DNA from: a virus | IMG/VR virus record: IMGVR_UViG_3300025117_000028 | Location: 1-59,915 of that record | DNA length: 59,915 nucleotides | Direction: 5' to 3' (one strand) | Part shown: positions 1 to 10,313 of the stretch, in pieces | Layout: each line of letters starts with the position of its first letter | How positions within the stretch are numbered: the stretch's first letter is position 1 | The notes under the pieces: generated by a model | The model's database searches: none | What the model saw: the letters and a program-made list of their open reading frames with translations, nothing else | Told to the model about the DNA's origin: nothing | Translations under genes and position numbers: made by a program

Positions 1-4
1 TATT

Positions 5-1363
5 ATGGCAGATATTACACCAGTCGTTAGTCCTCCAAATATACCAGACATAGGGTCTACTGGAGTTGCAACCCTTCCGACCATTACAGCAATATTTGAA
101 ACATATTGTATGGACGAAGCTTCTATCACAGCTAATTCCTTTCTAATTACAGGTGTTTCTGACAGAACAACTGTAGGACCTGATGGATTAGAAGTTTCTT
201 TTACACATAGTACAGATACCTCGACTATTCAAATGTCTTCTACTATTACAGGAATAGTTCGCGGCGTTTCTACTATCGACAGAATTGATGCTTCTACTGA
301 TACAAATATTTCAGCTTATGAAGTCACTATAGATGCGATTTCTTCGGCGCAAATTACTATTGATGCAAATCTAATGTCTCTATTTGAAGTTGGAGACGTT
401 ATTATCCAAGAATCAATATGTAAGAAAATAACTGCTGTCAGTGGAACCCTAGTATGGTACATAGACAATGCCACTACTCCTTTTGTAGTAGGTCCTGCTT
501 ATTTTAGAAAAATGGTTTATATTCCTTCTACGAATCAAGAAGCATATAGAACCAAAGTTAGTTTTGTTCCCTTCAGCCCTCTCACTCCTAATACTCGTTA
601 TACCGGATTAATTTCTAGTACAATCGCGCAAAAATCTTTTGGTGATCCGAATCCAGTAGCAACCACAGTAGGATATTGGCCAAGAACTATGGGTCAGTAT
701 ACTGGCACTTCTGATACTTATACTATTGCTATAACCACTTCAGGTAACACTTCTGCTGCAGAATTTACTTGGAGTCGTGCTTCTGATTCTTATACTTCTT
801 CAGCTATTCCTGTCCGTTATATCCAGGGCAAAAATATTATTTTAGATAATGGGTTAATTGTCGATTTCGATATTTATGATAAAGACAGTAATCTTGCACT
901 CTATGAGGCTGGTGATAGTTGGACAGTAACAGCTTATGCCGCGCAAACTTTAGATAATATTTTTTCTTGGAGTTTTGAAACTGGAGATGGAGGAGTAGAA
1001 GAACCTGATAGCGATACCTCTACTTATATAGATAGCGTTACTATTGAAAATATTCCAGTAGGGGAAGAAACTGATGAAATTACCATTGAAGGGATTACAT
1101 ATAATCCAAATGGATCTTACTTATCCGTTCTTTATACCGATCCTCCTATCCATTCGTTTGGAGTAGACCCTGATATTTCTACAATAACTTTTGTTTTTAA
1201 TAGAGATTTAGACGCCAGTACTGTCACAGTTGACACTATCACGGGACTACTAGAAAGTGTTGACTTCAGAACTACATATACTGGTGTTGGAAGTGAGTTC
1301 ACTATTGAATCTGGTGATATTGCCGTCAGTGGATGTAAGCTCATCCTGACGCTAGACCTATAA
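5..1363 (+). CDS. Virion-associated protein with bacterial Ig-like (Big_5/SbsA-type) domains
   Basis: Ig-like signatures: 'VVSPP..GSTGVATLPTITAIF..MDEASIT', 'KVSFVPFSPLTPNTRYT', 'FSWSFETG', and a second copy 'VLYTDPP..GVDPDISTITFVFNRDLDASTV'. The start is at the window edge, so the N-terminus cannot be verified. Confidence 0.6.
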   Translation: MADITPVVSPPNIPDIGSTGVATLPTITAIFETYCMDEASITANSFLITGVSDRTTVGPDGLEVSFTHSTDTSTIQMSSTITGIVRGVSTIDRIDASTDTNISAYEVTIDAISSAQITIDANLMSLFEVGDVIIQESICKKITAVSGTLVWYIDNATTPFVVGPAYFRKMVYIPSTNQEAYRTKVSFVPFSPLTPNTRYTGLISSTIAQKSFGDPNPVATTVGYWPRTMGQYTGTSDTYTIAITTSGNTSAAEFTWSRASDSYTSSAIPVRYIQGKNIILDNGLIVDFDIYDKDSNLALYEAGDSWTVTAYAAQTLDNIFSWSFETGDGGVEEPDSDTSTYIDSVTIENIPVGEETDEITIEGITYNPNGSYLSVLYTDPPIHSFGVDPDISTITFVFNRDLDASTVTVDTITGLLESVDFRTTYTGVGSEFTIESGDIAVSGCKLILTLDL

Positions 1364-1374
1364 TATGTTATAAT
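1346..1374 (+). promoter_or_regulatory. sigma70/sigmaA-type promoter with extended -10
   Basis: CTGACG (1346-1351), 17-nt spacer, TATAAT (1369-1374) preceded by TGn; lies upstream of CDS 1438. Confidence 0.55.
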
Positions 1375-1437
1375 TTTTATGTTAGTTGAATCTCCTTTAA
1401 CTAACTTTTTTTTTAACCCTTATATGGAGTAAAACAT

Positions 1438-3180
1438 ATGGGAAATCTTCGTAAGGTATATTATGATACCTCTGAGAAACAATTAGTTGTTCGTGGCGAA
1501 TTTTCTGGTTCTGCTAATACTGCTGAACCGGTTGTTCCGGGTGGGCAAGATGTTACCCCGTTAGATCTTGATGATGACTTAACTGGTAGTGCGATTTCTG
1601 TCACTAATGCAGATGTCAACCCGGCTGCTGCAATTGCTTATTCCAAACTTGCCGCCTTAACTACTGGTAGTATTCTTCTCGGCGTTGCTAACGTTGCGAC
1701 TGTTACCGATATTAAAACCGACGGTGCAATTCTAATCGGTAATGGGACTACTGCTGCTCCTCAAGTCTTTAGTGGGGATGTCCGTATCGATAATGCTGGT
1801 ATTACCTCAATTTTAACCGGTGCGGTTGTCAACCTTGATGTTAATGATGCTGCTGCAATTGCTTATTCCAAACTTGCCGCTCTCACCAGCGCCAATATCC
1901 TTGTCGGCAGTGCCGCAAATGTTGCAACCGTAACCCCGGTTACTGGTGACATCAGTATTGATAACACAGGGCTAACTGCAATTGGTGCAGATAAAGTTAC
2001 GGCCACTATGATGCATTCAAATACTGCTGGACAAGGTTTAGAGCAGGATACCAATGGAGCAATGCAACTAAAACTCGAAACTGATCTTTCAGTATTAAAG
2101 AGTTCCTTGGTTTTAGCTAACGACCTTAAATATCTATTAAATCAACATGCGGCTGATGCAGCTGAACATACTGCCGGTGCTGACGCCACAAACTTCCCCT
2201 TAACAAGTCCCGACGCAGCTAGCCTCGCATCTTTAATTACATTAATTACAGAAATTCTAACAGATTATACTGCTCATGATGAAGACGTAGATGAGGTTGC
2301 TCCTGTCTTCCACTCAGCTACTTCTACTCTAAATGCTTTGGCTTCGATTGTCGCTCCTGCTACATTAAAAGAATGTATTACAAGATTAAATGACGTCAAA
2401 GCAAAATATAATCTACATGATGCTGACGCAACTTCTCATGGAACAGGTTCTTTACATCAATGTGGAGTTACTAACGCAGATGACGACCTTGCTATCAATA
2501 CTATTAATCCAGCTAGCATGGACATGTTTTATCAAGTACATTTCTTTGATGACTTTTTAGGGTCTGCTATTAATTTAGGGGGAACTGGTGTCTGGGATGA
2601 TGCTCATCTTACCTCTTCTGGTGCATCGGTAACTCTAGTAGCAGATGGTGCTGCTGGTCTATTATCATTAGCGATGGATGCTACTTCTGCAGCAGTAGTC
2701 ATTTCTGTTTTAGATTGGAATAATCAATTAAATTGGGATATAGATCAAGACCCAATTATTGAATTTCGTGTTCAGGTCAATCAGAGTGCAGCTGGTGCCG
2801 CTGAAACTTGTTTTGGCATGGCATCAGATCATAACGATGATACTGATGTTATTACAGCAGGTGCTTGGTTTAAAATTGTCAATCTAGAAAGTAGTTTAGC
2901 TGTTGTTGCTGAAAGTGATGACGGCGTTAATAATGTTGATGATATTGCAACCGGAACTACTCATACTAATACTGCATTTGTTACTTATAAGATTGATTTT
3001 ACGGATAAAGCTGATGTTAAGTTTTACGTAGGAGGAGCACGAGTTGCGGCTACTCAAAAGTTTAATATGGCAAACTATAGTGCTGGGCTACAGCCATATT
3101 TTAAAATTCAGAAAGCTACAGATGTCTCTACGGCTTCAATTGTCTTAGATTATGTGAAAATTACAGCTGATCGTTATTAA
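1438..3180 (+). CDS. Virion fibre/decoration-like protein: N-terminal beta repeats, His-rich triple-repeat module, C-terminal jelly-roll/lectin-like domain
   Basis: GGAG RBS upstream; duplicated 'AAAIAYSKLAALT' unit; His-rich module shared with CDS 56352; beta-rich C-terminus ('FFDDFLG...VKFYVGG...IVLDYVKI'). Confidence 0.5.
   Translation: MGNLRKVYYDTSEKQLVVRGEFSGSANTAEPVVPGGQDVTPLDLDDDLTGSAISVTNADVNPAAAIAYSKLAALTTGSILLGVANVATVTDIKTDGAILIGNGTTAAPQVFSGDVRIDNAGITSILTGAVVNLDVNDAAAIAYSKLAALTSANILVGSAANVATVTPVTGDISIDNTGLTAIGADKVTATMMHSNTAGQGLEQDTNGAMQLKLETDLSVLKSSLVLANDLKYLLNQHAADAAEHTAGADATNFPLTSPDAASLASLITLITEILTDYTAHDEDVDEVAPVFHSATSTLNALASIVAPATLKECITRLNDVKAKYNLHDADATSHGTGSLHQCGVTNADDDLAINTINPASMDMFYQVHFFDDFLGSAINLGGTGVWDDAHLTSSGASVTLVADGAAGLLSLAMDATSAAVVISVLDWNNQLNWDIDQDPIIEFRVQVNQSAAGAAETCFGMASDHNDDTDVITAGAWFKIVNLESSLAVVAESDDGVNNVDDIATGTTHTNTAFVTYKIDFTDKADVKFYVGGARVAATQKFNMANYSAGLQPYFKIQKATDVSTASIVLDYVKITADRY
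1624..1880 (+). repeat. Perfect 32-nt direct repeat (1624-1655 and 1849-1880) inside CDS 1438
   Basis: gctgctgcaattgcttattccaaacttgccgc occurs twice, 225 nt apart and in frame. Confidence 0.9.
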
Positions 3181-3193
3181 TAACCGACTGGAG

Positions 3194-3220
3194 GAGGGTG
3201 GTTTCGGCCACCCTCTTTTT
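3194..3220 (+). terminator. Rho-independent terminator
   Basis: GAGGGTGGT-TTCG-GCCACCCTC hairpin followed by TTTTT, immediately after CDS 1438. Confidence 0.85.
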
Positions 3221-3267
3221 CTTATGAGAACGAGTTACATTATATTATTTTTATTTTTGATGTTTAT

Positions 3268-3978
3268 ATGAGCATAGATACTAATACTTCTGTGAAGATA
3301 ATCCTTAAGGGTGGATTAAACGGCATTATGTCCGAAGCTGATTCGGACGGAAATGTTTATACCTTGCCAGAAGATTATTATTATTTCTTTAGTTCTCGTT
3401 TTACATATATGTATGCGACAATTTTAGATATTTCTATTTTTGGCGGAACTTGGGTATCTGATATTCCAGACGACACTATAGGATATGTTATATGGAAAAT
3501 TTCGCGCGAAATAGATGCCTTTGCTCAATGTACAGACTTTACTACTTTATTAACTGATGATTACTTTGCTGCTGCAGTAAACCAATATGTAGTAGGAAGA
3601 GTAATACTTAATTTATTGGGTGCAACTTCTAGTTCCGCAATGAACAGACACATACAAAATGCGCGCGGGTATTCTAAGCGCGTAGGTGATATAGAATATA
3701 GCCAATCCGGAATTCAACCTAACGATACAACTTCTGGGTTAAAAACAATATTAGATCGCGCACAAAAAAATATATCTCTCTGGGAACAGACAATCCAATC
3801 TTGTGGAGATCTTCGACCTGGTGACGATCTTGATCCTGACTTCGCAGTTAAGAGTTCTAATAGTGATCTTATCCCGCCAGTCGGTCGTGAGTGGGAAACA
3901 GGATCTGTCCCTGCTGCTAACGCAAAATATATAACTCCTCGTTACCAAACCTACTATACAGAACGCGGAAATCTATGA
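3268..3978 (+). CDS. Putative head-tail adaptor (neck) protein
   Basis: First of three mid-size genes before the sheath; helical, with an 'SKRVGDIEYS' hairpin typical of SPP1 gp15-like adaptors. Mainly gene-order inference. Confidence 0.45.
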   Translation: MSIDTNTSVKIILKGGLNGIMSEADSDGNVYTLPEDYYYFFSSRFTYMYATILDISIFGGTWVSDIPDDTIGYVIWKISREIDAFAQCTDFTTLLTDDYFAAAVNQYVVGRVILNLLGATSSSAMNRHIQNARGYSKRVGDIEYSQSGIQPNDTTSGLKTILDRAQKNISLWEQTIQSCGDLRPGDDLDPDFAVKSSNSDLIPPVGREWETGSVPAANAKYITPRYQTYYTERGNL

Positions 3979-4544
3979 GTACTCATATTGCTTATCCAAG
4001 TAGTACTGATTTATCTACCACTACTTCTATGGGAACTAAAGAAATTGATATAAGGGATGTTCTCGATCGGTTTCTACATGGTTCTTCTGTTGAGGAAGCT
4101 CACGGTGGAGTATATATATTAAGAATAGTACGGCGCGATTCTGATGATAATAAAACTATTTGCCAATGTCGAAGGAATGGACAACCCGAAGGAGATTATC
4201 GTTGCCAATATTGCCAAGGTGTAGGTTTCTTTTTTGATGAAGAAACAGTCATTTGTTATAGAGCCCCGTTAGGGATTGCTTCTACTGGTGAAACTTTTAA
4301 TAGCCCAGGTTTGTTAACTGCTGGTACATGTATGTTTTATTTCGAAGCAGGAACTTTAATGCCTAGGCGTTCAGATTTTATTATTGAACCCAAGATAGAT
4401 ATTGCAGGGAAGATTGCAAATCCTGTAAAAATAATGTATTATTGGGATATCGATGAAGTCTATCCTTTTAGGAGTGATAGATTAGGACGCATAGAATATT
4501 ACAGAGTAATAGCGAATAGGCGTCCTGAAACTTCAGAGAGTTGA
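3975..4544 (+). CDS. Putative head-closure (neck) protein with Cys4 zinc finger
   Basis: ATGA overlap with the previous gene; CQC...CQYC motif; beta-rich C-terminus ('PRRSDFIIE...DEVYPFRSD..GRIEYY'). Confidence 0.45.
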   Translation: MSTHIAYPSSTDLSTTTSMGTKEIDIRDVLDRFLHGSSVEEAHGGVYILRIVRRDSDDNKTICQCRRNGQPEGDYRCQYCQGVGFFFDEETVICYRAPLGIASTGETFNSPGLLTAGTCMFYFEAGTLMPRRSDFIIEPKIDIAGKIANPVKIMYYWDIDEVYPFRSDRLGRIEYYRVIANRRPETSES

Positions 4545-4577
4545 CGGAATGTATGTTGTTGAATTAAAATATAGGTT

Positions 4578-5342
4578 ATGACATCAAGACTTTTTGACAT
4601 ATTAGAGGATTTAACAACAGACGAACAACAAATCCTTACTTCTTTAGTAGAAGGAGCCGAGTCGGAGAGGGAACAGTCTCGCGCTTCTTATGCAGGAGAA
4701 GAAGGTGTTGATATAGATACGTTTTATGATTTATGTGCAAGTGTAATACAAGAGGAACAAAGATTAAATAAAACAGGTGATAGAGTCTTTTTAAGACAAT
4801 GTTTTTCTCCGGACATGATGGGGCAAGATGAAGTTTTAAGAGAGTTTAACGTTGATAACCGTCCCAACGATATAATTTCTTTTAAGTTACTGAAACGAAC
4901 TCCCGGCACGACTAAGGGGACTAACATTCCACATGATAGAGCGAGAAGGGAACTCAATCCACATGTTAGGGCTATCGTTCCTGACGAAGAATATAGTGGT
5001 TATCAAAAGTATATTTATGGGCAATTTTTTGATAATACAGTTGAATTTACCATTTGGAGTTTGACTAACAAAAATGCCGATAAAGTTGCTTTATGGTGGG
5101 AAGATGTTTTATATAAATGGCTTTGGTATTTTCAAGTGAATAGATTGGAACCAATGTTTTATCTTGGAAGAGCCGAGGATAATAAAGTGTCGGAATCTAT
5201 GTCTACGGATAAAACCATGATGAAGGATATACGACTTTTTAATAGGCCATTAATATATTTCATTCGCACCGAAAAACGCTATGTTGTAAAGGAAAAAACT
5301 TTGGAACAGGTATTTGTAAACATACACTGCACTTCAAATTAA
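4578..5342 (+). CDS. Putative tail completion/terminator protein
   Basis: Immediately upstream of the sheath; 'FDNTVEFTIWSLTNKNADKVALWWE' fits the tail-terminator fold pattern. Confidence 0.45.
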   Translation: MTSRLFDILEDLTTDEQQILTSLVEGAESEREQSRASYAGEEGVDIDTFYDLCASVIQEEQRLNKTGDRVFLRQCFSPDMMGQDEVLREFNVDNRPNDIISFKLLKRTPGTTKGTNIPHDRARRELNPHVRAIVPDEEYSGYQKYIYGQFFDNTVEFTIWSLTNKNADKVALWWEDVLYKWLWYFQVNRLEPMFYLGRAEDNKVSESMSTDKTMMKDIRLFNRPLIYFIRTEKRYVVKEKTLEQVFVNIHCTSN

Positions 5343-5351
5343 GGAGAAGAC

Positions 5352-8300
5352 ATGATTGATAATTTCAGCAACCTTCCTTCGGTTGTAACCGAACAAGTTG
5401 ATGGGAATATACGCTTCTCTCCTACTCCTCGTGGGCCAATTGTTTTAGTCCTCGGGAGTGCTTCAAAAGGAACTTCTGCGGGATATTATGTATCTCGTGT
5501 TGGTGACGCTTTTAGTACTTTCGGTAAAACTGGAACTCTAACTCGCGGACTTGAAGAAGTCGCAGGATTTGGAGCTGAAAATGTATTCTTGAAGAGGATT
5601 GGCGCAAAATCGGCCACTCTTTATAATGTGGGCGGTATTGGAAACTATATCCAAACTGCTTTAAAAGATGATTCTGCTGGAGAAGACTACGAAATAGTTT
5701 ATCTTTGCCCAAGTCAAATTGCTGGTGGAGTAACTACAGGACGTTTACGCGTTCGTAATTCTAGCGGAACAGTTGTATATGACAATTATGCCGGTCTGGC
5801 CACTGTATTAGATAATGGCGAAGTTTATGTTTCTGGTACTTTTACTGAAGACTTAGACGAAGAAACTTACATCTCTACAGACGATGAAGACTGGATTTCA
5901 ATGGCTGATCTAGCTGGTGACATTATTAATGTTGCCGGTCAAGCTTTTGCAGAAGGAGATGGCGCCACCACAGAATTTCCTTTGCCTTGGTCTTTAATCG
6001 ATCCTTTCTCTGTCAAGATTTATGTTGATGAGAGCGATGGAACTGATTATGCCGAAGCAGCTTATAAGGATTTTGATTACGGTGGCAATAGTCTTCTAAG
6101 CGAATACGGTGTGCTACTTGAAAAAGATATCGCTCCGTCGGTTTCTTTCCCGGTCGCTGGTAAATATGGTTTGATGCTTCATCAAATCGAAGTATTAGGT
6201 GGGACTCTCAGTACTGGTATTACTTTAAAATTTACTGACCAAAATGGTGATGACATCGATGGTACAGGAAATAGTTATGATACTATTTCTGTAGATGCTG
6301 CTTCTACTCCTGCACAAGTTGCTGCTGCGATTAACGGTCATTCTGTTATTGAGCATAAGCTTTTCGCCAAAGTTAGCAGCAACTATGTAAATATCTTCGA
6401 TATTCAAAACCCGACTACACAAGACTCTGGTTTATTCTATATTGAATGTACCTCTGGTGCTGCTGCTATAGTCTTAAAATCTCAAAACCCGGAAGATGTA
6501 GCTGCTGGTGTTGCTAGTAACATTAGTTTCGTAAACTCAAGTCTCCAAATCACCAAAACTGATGGTTGGGGTACTGGAGTTGAAGAAGAAATGCTATTAG
6601 AGATTTGGGGAGATGAAGATGACAATGTAGGGTCAACCTATATCACTGCTGTTATTGGTGGTGGAACTATCATAGAAGTAACAGAACAAGATTTTATTTT
6701 TGGTTGTGTCGATGAATCTGCGGGCGCAAATGTCCGTTATCGTATCTCTAACCGCATGATGCCAATAGTAAAATTCGGAACTGCTCTTCCTGCTGCGACC
6801 GGATCAACAGCTATCACTCTTGATGGTTTTGGTTTTGTTAGTGCTCATGATGGAATAGATACAACTAATAGCGTTTTATTTGTTCCTGGTACTGCAAATT
6901 CTGATGAATTACTTGCAGGACTAGATGGAGCAAGTCTCGAAATGTGTCCTCATGCTAGTACTCTTCGTCATCAAGTTGGGTTAGATGGTGGTTTACTTGA
7001 GGCCTCAGGATATACTCTTGCGACTACAGAAGAACCTACCGTTACCAATGTACAAGACTTAATTCTTGCTTATTATCCTATTGACTATACTTGTGGTACT
7101 GGCTTAAACACCGGTAAGTATGGTACAGAAGGAAATGGTAATTCTGGTGCAATTACTCTGGCGATTGCTTCAGGAGCAGCTTTAACTATTACTAATGGCG
7201 GATGGAACGAAAATATTTCGATAGCCCTTCAAACTACTAGTAGTATTTGGACTGGTGTTCCTACCACTAGTTATGCTGATGGTGAAATCACTATGACACT
7301 AAATGCTCCTTCAACAGCTGATTTATCCGACCCGATAAATTGGCTTGCTGCTGGTGAAGAAGTATATTTATATGTTGATACTACAGACGTAGCCGAAGCA
7401 GGATGGTATGAGGTTATCGATCTCAATGACACTACCGATGTATTGACACTGGTAGGTACTGCTAACTTTACAGGTAACGGAGCAAATATTACTTCCTTAT
7501 TCTTTGCGGATAATGATGCTAACACTCCTGCTTTAATCAACACAGCTCTCATTGCTGCTGATAGTTCTTATCGTTTCTTGAATGATGCTGGTGGCGTTTC
7601 TACTTCTACTATCCCTATTACTGAAGCTGTGTCGTTTGCCACTTTAGCAAGCGGCGTTGACGCTACTTGGACTTTCACTGATGCGACTAGTGCTGGTAGT
7701 GCTGTATATGATAAGGGATATTGGGAAACTACTGTAGGTTGGTCAATAGTTTGGACTGGTGGATCTGTCAATGAATTCGCACTTTCTGGTTGTATAACTG
7801 GTGGAACTTTAATCAGTGCTGCGATGTTAAGTGTCGGAGACATAATACAATTCGTAGATCTAACAGATAGTCCTGCTTTTATAGTGGAATCGGCAGTTGC
7901 TTCGGGTTCCGACTTGAGAGTTATTGTTCGAGATTCTACCCAAGATATTTCTGCCTTATTACCTGCTATCTCTCAAGGCGCTATTGTTGGTAATGTTGTT
8001 CTTGGTGGTTCTGGCGATGGTATTGTTATTCGCAAGGATAACTCTTATGAAATTCCAGAGTCAGTATTAAGTTATGACGATGTAGATATCACAACTGACG
8101 TCGTATATTGGACTCAAGACGCTACAGATCCTAAGTCTACTGCCGTTTCCATTGACGGAGATGAAAGTAACTTAGATGTTGTTGATGAACTTGAGAATAG
8201 TATTACTATTGATGCGATCACTTATGCTTCTCTATCTGACGAACAAGCAGTAGAACAGATTGCGATCGTAGAAGCCGATGAAGCTTTTGCGACTTACTCT

Positions 8301-9614
8301 TATGATTCTAATACTGTTTATTACTTAGATGAAGGAACTGATGGCACTTCGATGTCTAAAATGGAAACATTTGAAGCATTACAACGTGCTTACCGTGATC
8401 TTGAAGCTACTGATGTTGATATCGTTTATCCTGTTGGGACTTATCTTGATGACATGAATATTGCCGATGGCGACACTGTCACTATTAATCATCAGGACAA
8501 TAGAGTTGTTGGCCGTCATTATCCTGCTGCTGGTTCTACTGGTGACGTTCTTGGCTATGTATACGTAGAAGAAGTCAATGGCGAACTAGAATTCTGGTGG
8601 GATACCGATGGTGATGGAGATGCTGAAATTTGGCCCGTTGGCTATACTGGCATTACTACTCCAACTCGTGATTCAACAGATCCTTTAGTTGCGGCTGATT
8701 TCCATGAAGTTAACTTTGCTTATCAGCTTGGCGATTTCTGCTTTAGTTTATCAGTTAATGATAATGAAGCATTTGGCGTAATCGGAACTAAGGGTCCTAC
8801 TAATTATGGCGCTGCTGCTATCTCTAACTGGGTTGGACAAGCTCCTACTTATAATAGTGCTGGCGAAGTTGTTGTAAATGGTTCGGGTCTCTTAGGAAAC
8901 AAATTTATGGCCGGTGCTATCGGACATGACTATGGGTTCTTTGCTACTTCTTCGGGTTACTTACCTACTTCAGGTTCTTTCGAAGCCGATTCTGATGTCT
9001 TAACTGACTCTAACGGCGAGATGATTGATATTGGTAAGTATCTACGTATAGTTGCAGGCCAGGGACGTTACCTCAATAGTTTTGACACAACTGGATTTGG
9101 CTATGCTGATCCGGCTGCTGGTGCTCTTGCTGGTTTATTCTCTACTCTTGCTGCTGATGAAGCAATAACCAATAAGTCTCTTGTTGGTCTCAGTATGCCT
9201 TATAATATCAATAAAGCTAAACTGAATAGTTTAGTGGGTGCACGTTATATTATGTTGAAGCCTGTGAATGGTGTTGCGACTGTCGTTGACGGTCCTACTG
9301 CTACTAGGGCAACTTCAGACTATAACCGCGATACGACTTGCCGAATTGTTTCGGAAGCTCTTAATAGAGTCAGAACTGTTGCTCAGCCGTTTATTGGCAA
9401 AGGTGCTTCAACTCTCCGCATCACTTCTCTTGAACATGCGGTAAATGAAGCTCTTAATGCAATGAAGGCTAGCGGTTCACTTATCGAAAAATATGTCTCT
9501 GTGTATCAAACCTCAGAAATGAGAGCACAAGGACTAGTTGATATCGATATGACTCTGGTTGTAGCCTATGAGATTCGCAAGATCCGTGTAAAAGTCGGTC
9601 TGGCTCTACTATAA
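5352..9614 (+). CDS. Contractile tail sheath protein with very large insertions (1420 aa)
   Basis: AAGGAG RBS; N-terminal 'LPSVVTEQVDG..IVLVLGSASKG'; sheath-type C-terminal domain 'RIVSEALNRVRTVAQPFIGKG...GLVDIDMTLVVAYEIRKIRVKV'; followed by a tube gene. Confidence 0.85.
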   Translation: MIDNFSNLPSVVTEQVDGNIRFSPTPRGPIVLVLGSASKGTSAGYYVSRVGDAFSTFGKTGTLTRGLEEVAGFGAENVFLKRIGAKSATLYNVGGIGNYIQTALKDDSAGEDYEIVYLCPSQIAGGVTTGRLRVRNSSGTVVYDNYAGLATVLDNGEVYVSGTFTEDLDEETYISTDDEDWISMADLAGDIINVAGQAFAEGDGATTEFPLPWSLIDPFSVKIYVDESDGTDYAEAAYKDFDYGGNSLLSEYGVLLEKDIAPSVSFPVAGKYGLMLHQIEVLGGTLSTGITLKFTDQNGDDIDGTGNSYDTISVDAASTPAQVAAAINGHSVIEHKLFAKVSSNYVNIFDIQNPTTQDSGLFYIECTSGAAAIVLKSQNPEDVAAGVASNISFVNSSLQITKTDGWGTGVEEEMLLEIWGDEDDNVGSTYITAVIGGGTIIEVTEQDFIFGCVDESAGANVRYRISNRMMPIVKFGTALPAATGSTAITLDGFGFVSAHDGIDTTNSVLFVPGTANSDELLAGLDGASLEMCPHASTLRHQVGLDGGLLEASGYTLATTEEPTVTNVQDLILAYYPIDYTCGTGLNTGKYGTEGNGNSGAITLAIASGAALTITNGGWNENISIALQTTSSIWTGVPTTSYADGEITMTLNAPSTADLSDPINWLAAGEEVYLYVDTTDVAEAGWYEVIDLNDTTDVLTLVGTANFTGNGANITSLFFADNDANTPALINTALIAADSSYRFLNDAGGVSTSTIPITEAVSFATLASGVDATWTFTDATSAGSAVYDKGYWETTVGWSIVWTGGSVNEFALSGCITGGTLISAAMLSVGDIIQFVDLTDSPAFIVESAVASGSDLRVIVRDSTQDISALLPAISQGAIVGNVVLGGSGDGIVIRKDNSYEIPESVLSYDDVDITTDVVYWTQDATDPKSTAVSIDGDESNLDVVDELENSITIDAITYASLSDEQAVEQIAIVEADEAFATYSYDSNTVYYLDEGTDGTSMSKMETFEALQRAYRDLEATDVDIVYPVGTYLDDMNIADGDTVTINHQDNRVVGRHYPAAGSTGDVLGYVYVEEVNGELEFWWDTDGDGDAEIWPVGYTGITTPTRDSTDPLVAADFHEVNFAYQLGDFCFSLSVNDNEAFGVIGTKGPTNYGAAAISNWVGQAPTYNSAGEVVVNGSGLLGNKFMAGAIGHDYGFFATSSGYLPTSGSFEADSDVLTDSNGEMIDIGKYLRIVAGQGRYLNSFDTTGFGYADPAAGALAGLFSTLAADEAITNKSLVGLSMPYNINKAKLNSLVGARYIMLKPVNGVATVVDGPTATRATSDYNRDTTCRIVSEALNRVRTVAQPFIGKGASTLRITSLEHAVNEALNAMKASGSLIEKYVSVYQTSEMRAQGLVDIDMTLVVAYEIRKIRVKVGLALL

Positions 9615-9625
9615 GGAGATAAGAA

Positions 9626-10264
9626 ATGGCTAGAACACAATATAATACTTTCGGTGGCGTAGACATTAAAGCCGTTATTGGCCCTTATGTTTTGGCGACA
9701 TTGCAGGCGATTTCTTATTCAATCGTTAGAGAGAAAGTACCTGTTTATGTTATGGGGCGCGTAAGTCCTATGTCTTTCGGACGAGGCAAACGTGCTATTG
9801 CTGGATCTATGATCTTTATAACTTTTGACGCTCATCCTATTTTGAATGATGTATTCGAAATAGAATCACAGGCGAAACCAGAAGCTGGGAAAATGTTCAC
9901 TTTCTATGCTGATGTTGATGAAATAGGACCAGCTAAACAAGAGAGAGCAACAAGCTTTGATTCGAAGGCGGTACCCTCTCAAGGACTCGCAGAGAAACCA
10001 AATTTCCCGAATGATAGCGATCTAAGGACTGCGTATTATGTCGATCAGTTAATGCCTTTCGATATTGTCCTTGTGGCAATGAATGAGGTAGGAACTAAAG
10101 CTGATATGCGTATTCTTGGTGCTGAGCTACTTAATGAAGGTTGGGGCATTTCTATTGATGACGTAGCTTCTGAAACCCAATATACTTACGTTGCTAAGGA
10201 TGTTTGGCATTGGAAACCTCGTTCCGGTAGTGTTGGGCTAGTTGCAGAAGGAAAAAGCAAGTAA
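9626..10264 (+). CDS. Major tail tube protein
   Basis: Directly after the sheath, strong AAGGAG RBS, 212 aa; 'LQAISYSIVREKVPVYVMG..GRGKRAIAGSMIF' and 'ILGAELLNEGWGISIDD..ETQYTYVA'; followed by a hairpin. Confidence 0.75.
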   Translation: MARTQYNTFGGVDIKAVIGPYVLATLQAISYSIVREKVPVYVMGRVSPMSFGRGKRAIAGSMIFITFDAHPILNDVFEIESQAKPEAGKMFTFYADVDEIGPAKQERATSFDSKAVPSQGLAEKPNFPNDSDLRTAYYVDQLMPFDIVLVAMNEVGTKADMRILGAELLNEGWGISIDDVASETQYTYVAKDVWHWKPRSGSVGLVAEGKSK

Positions 10265-10278
10265 TTTAATCTTTTCGA

Positions 10279-10313
10279 GGAAGGGAGAAACGGATATCTC
10301 CCTTCCGTTCTTA
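10279..10313 (+). terminator. Hairpin terminator/attenuator after the tube gene
   Basis: GGAAGGGAGA (10279-10288) and TCTCCCTTCC (10297-10306) form a perfect 10-bp stem; weak T tail (GTTCTT). Confidence 0.7.

Noticed and set aside
8601-8621. DTDGDGD in the sheath as a second RNAP-type DxDGD motif
   Set aside because: It lacks the surrounding DPBB context seen at 22797-23140; more consistent with an acidic Ca-binding loop.
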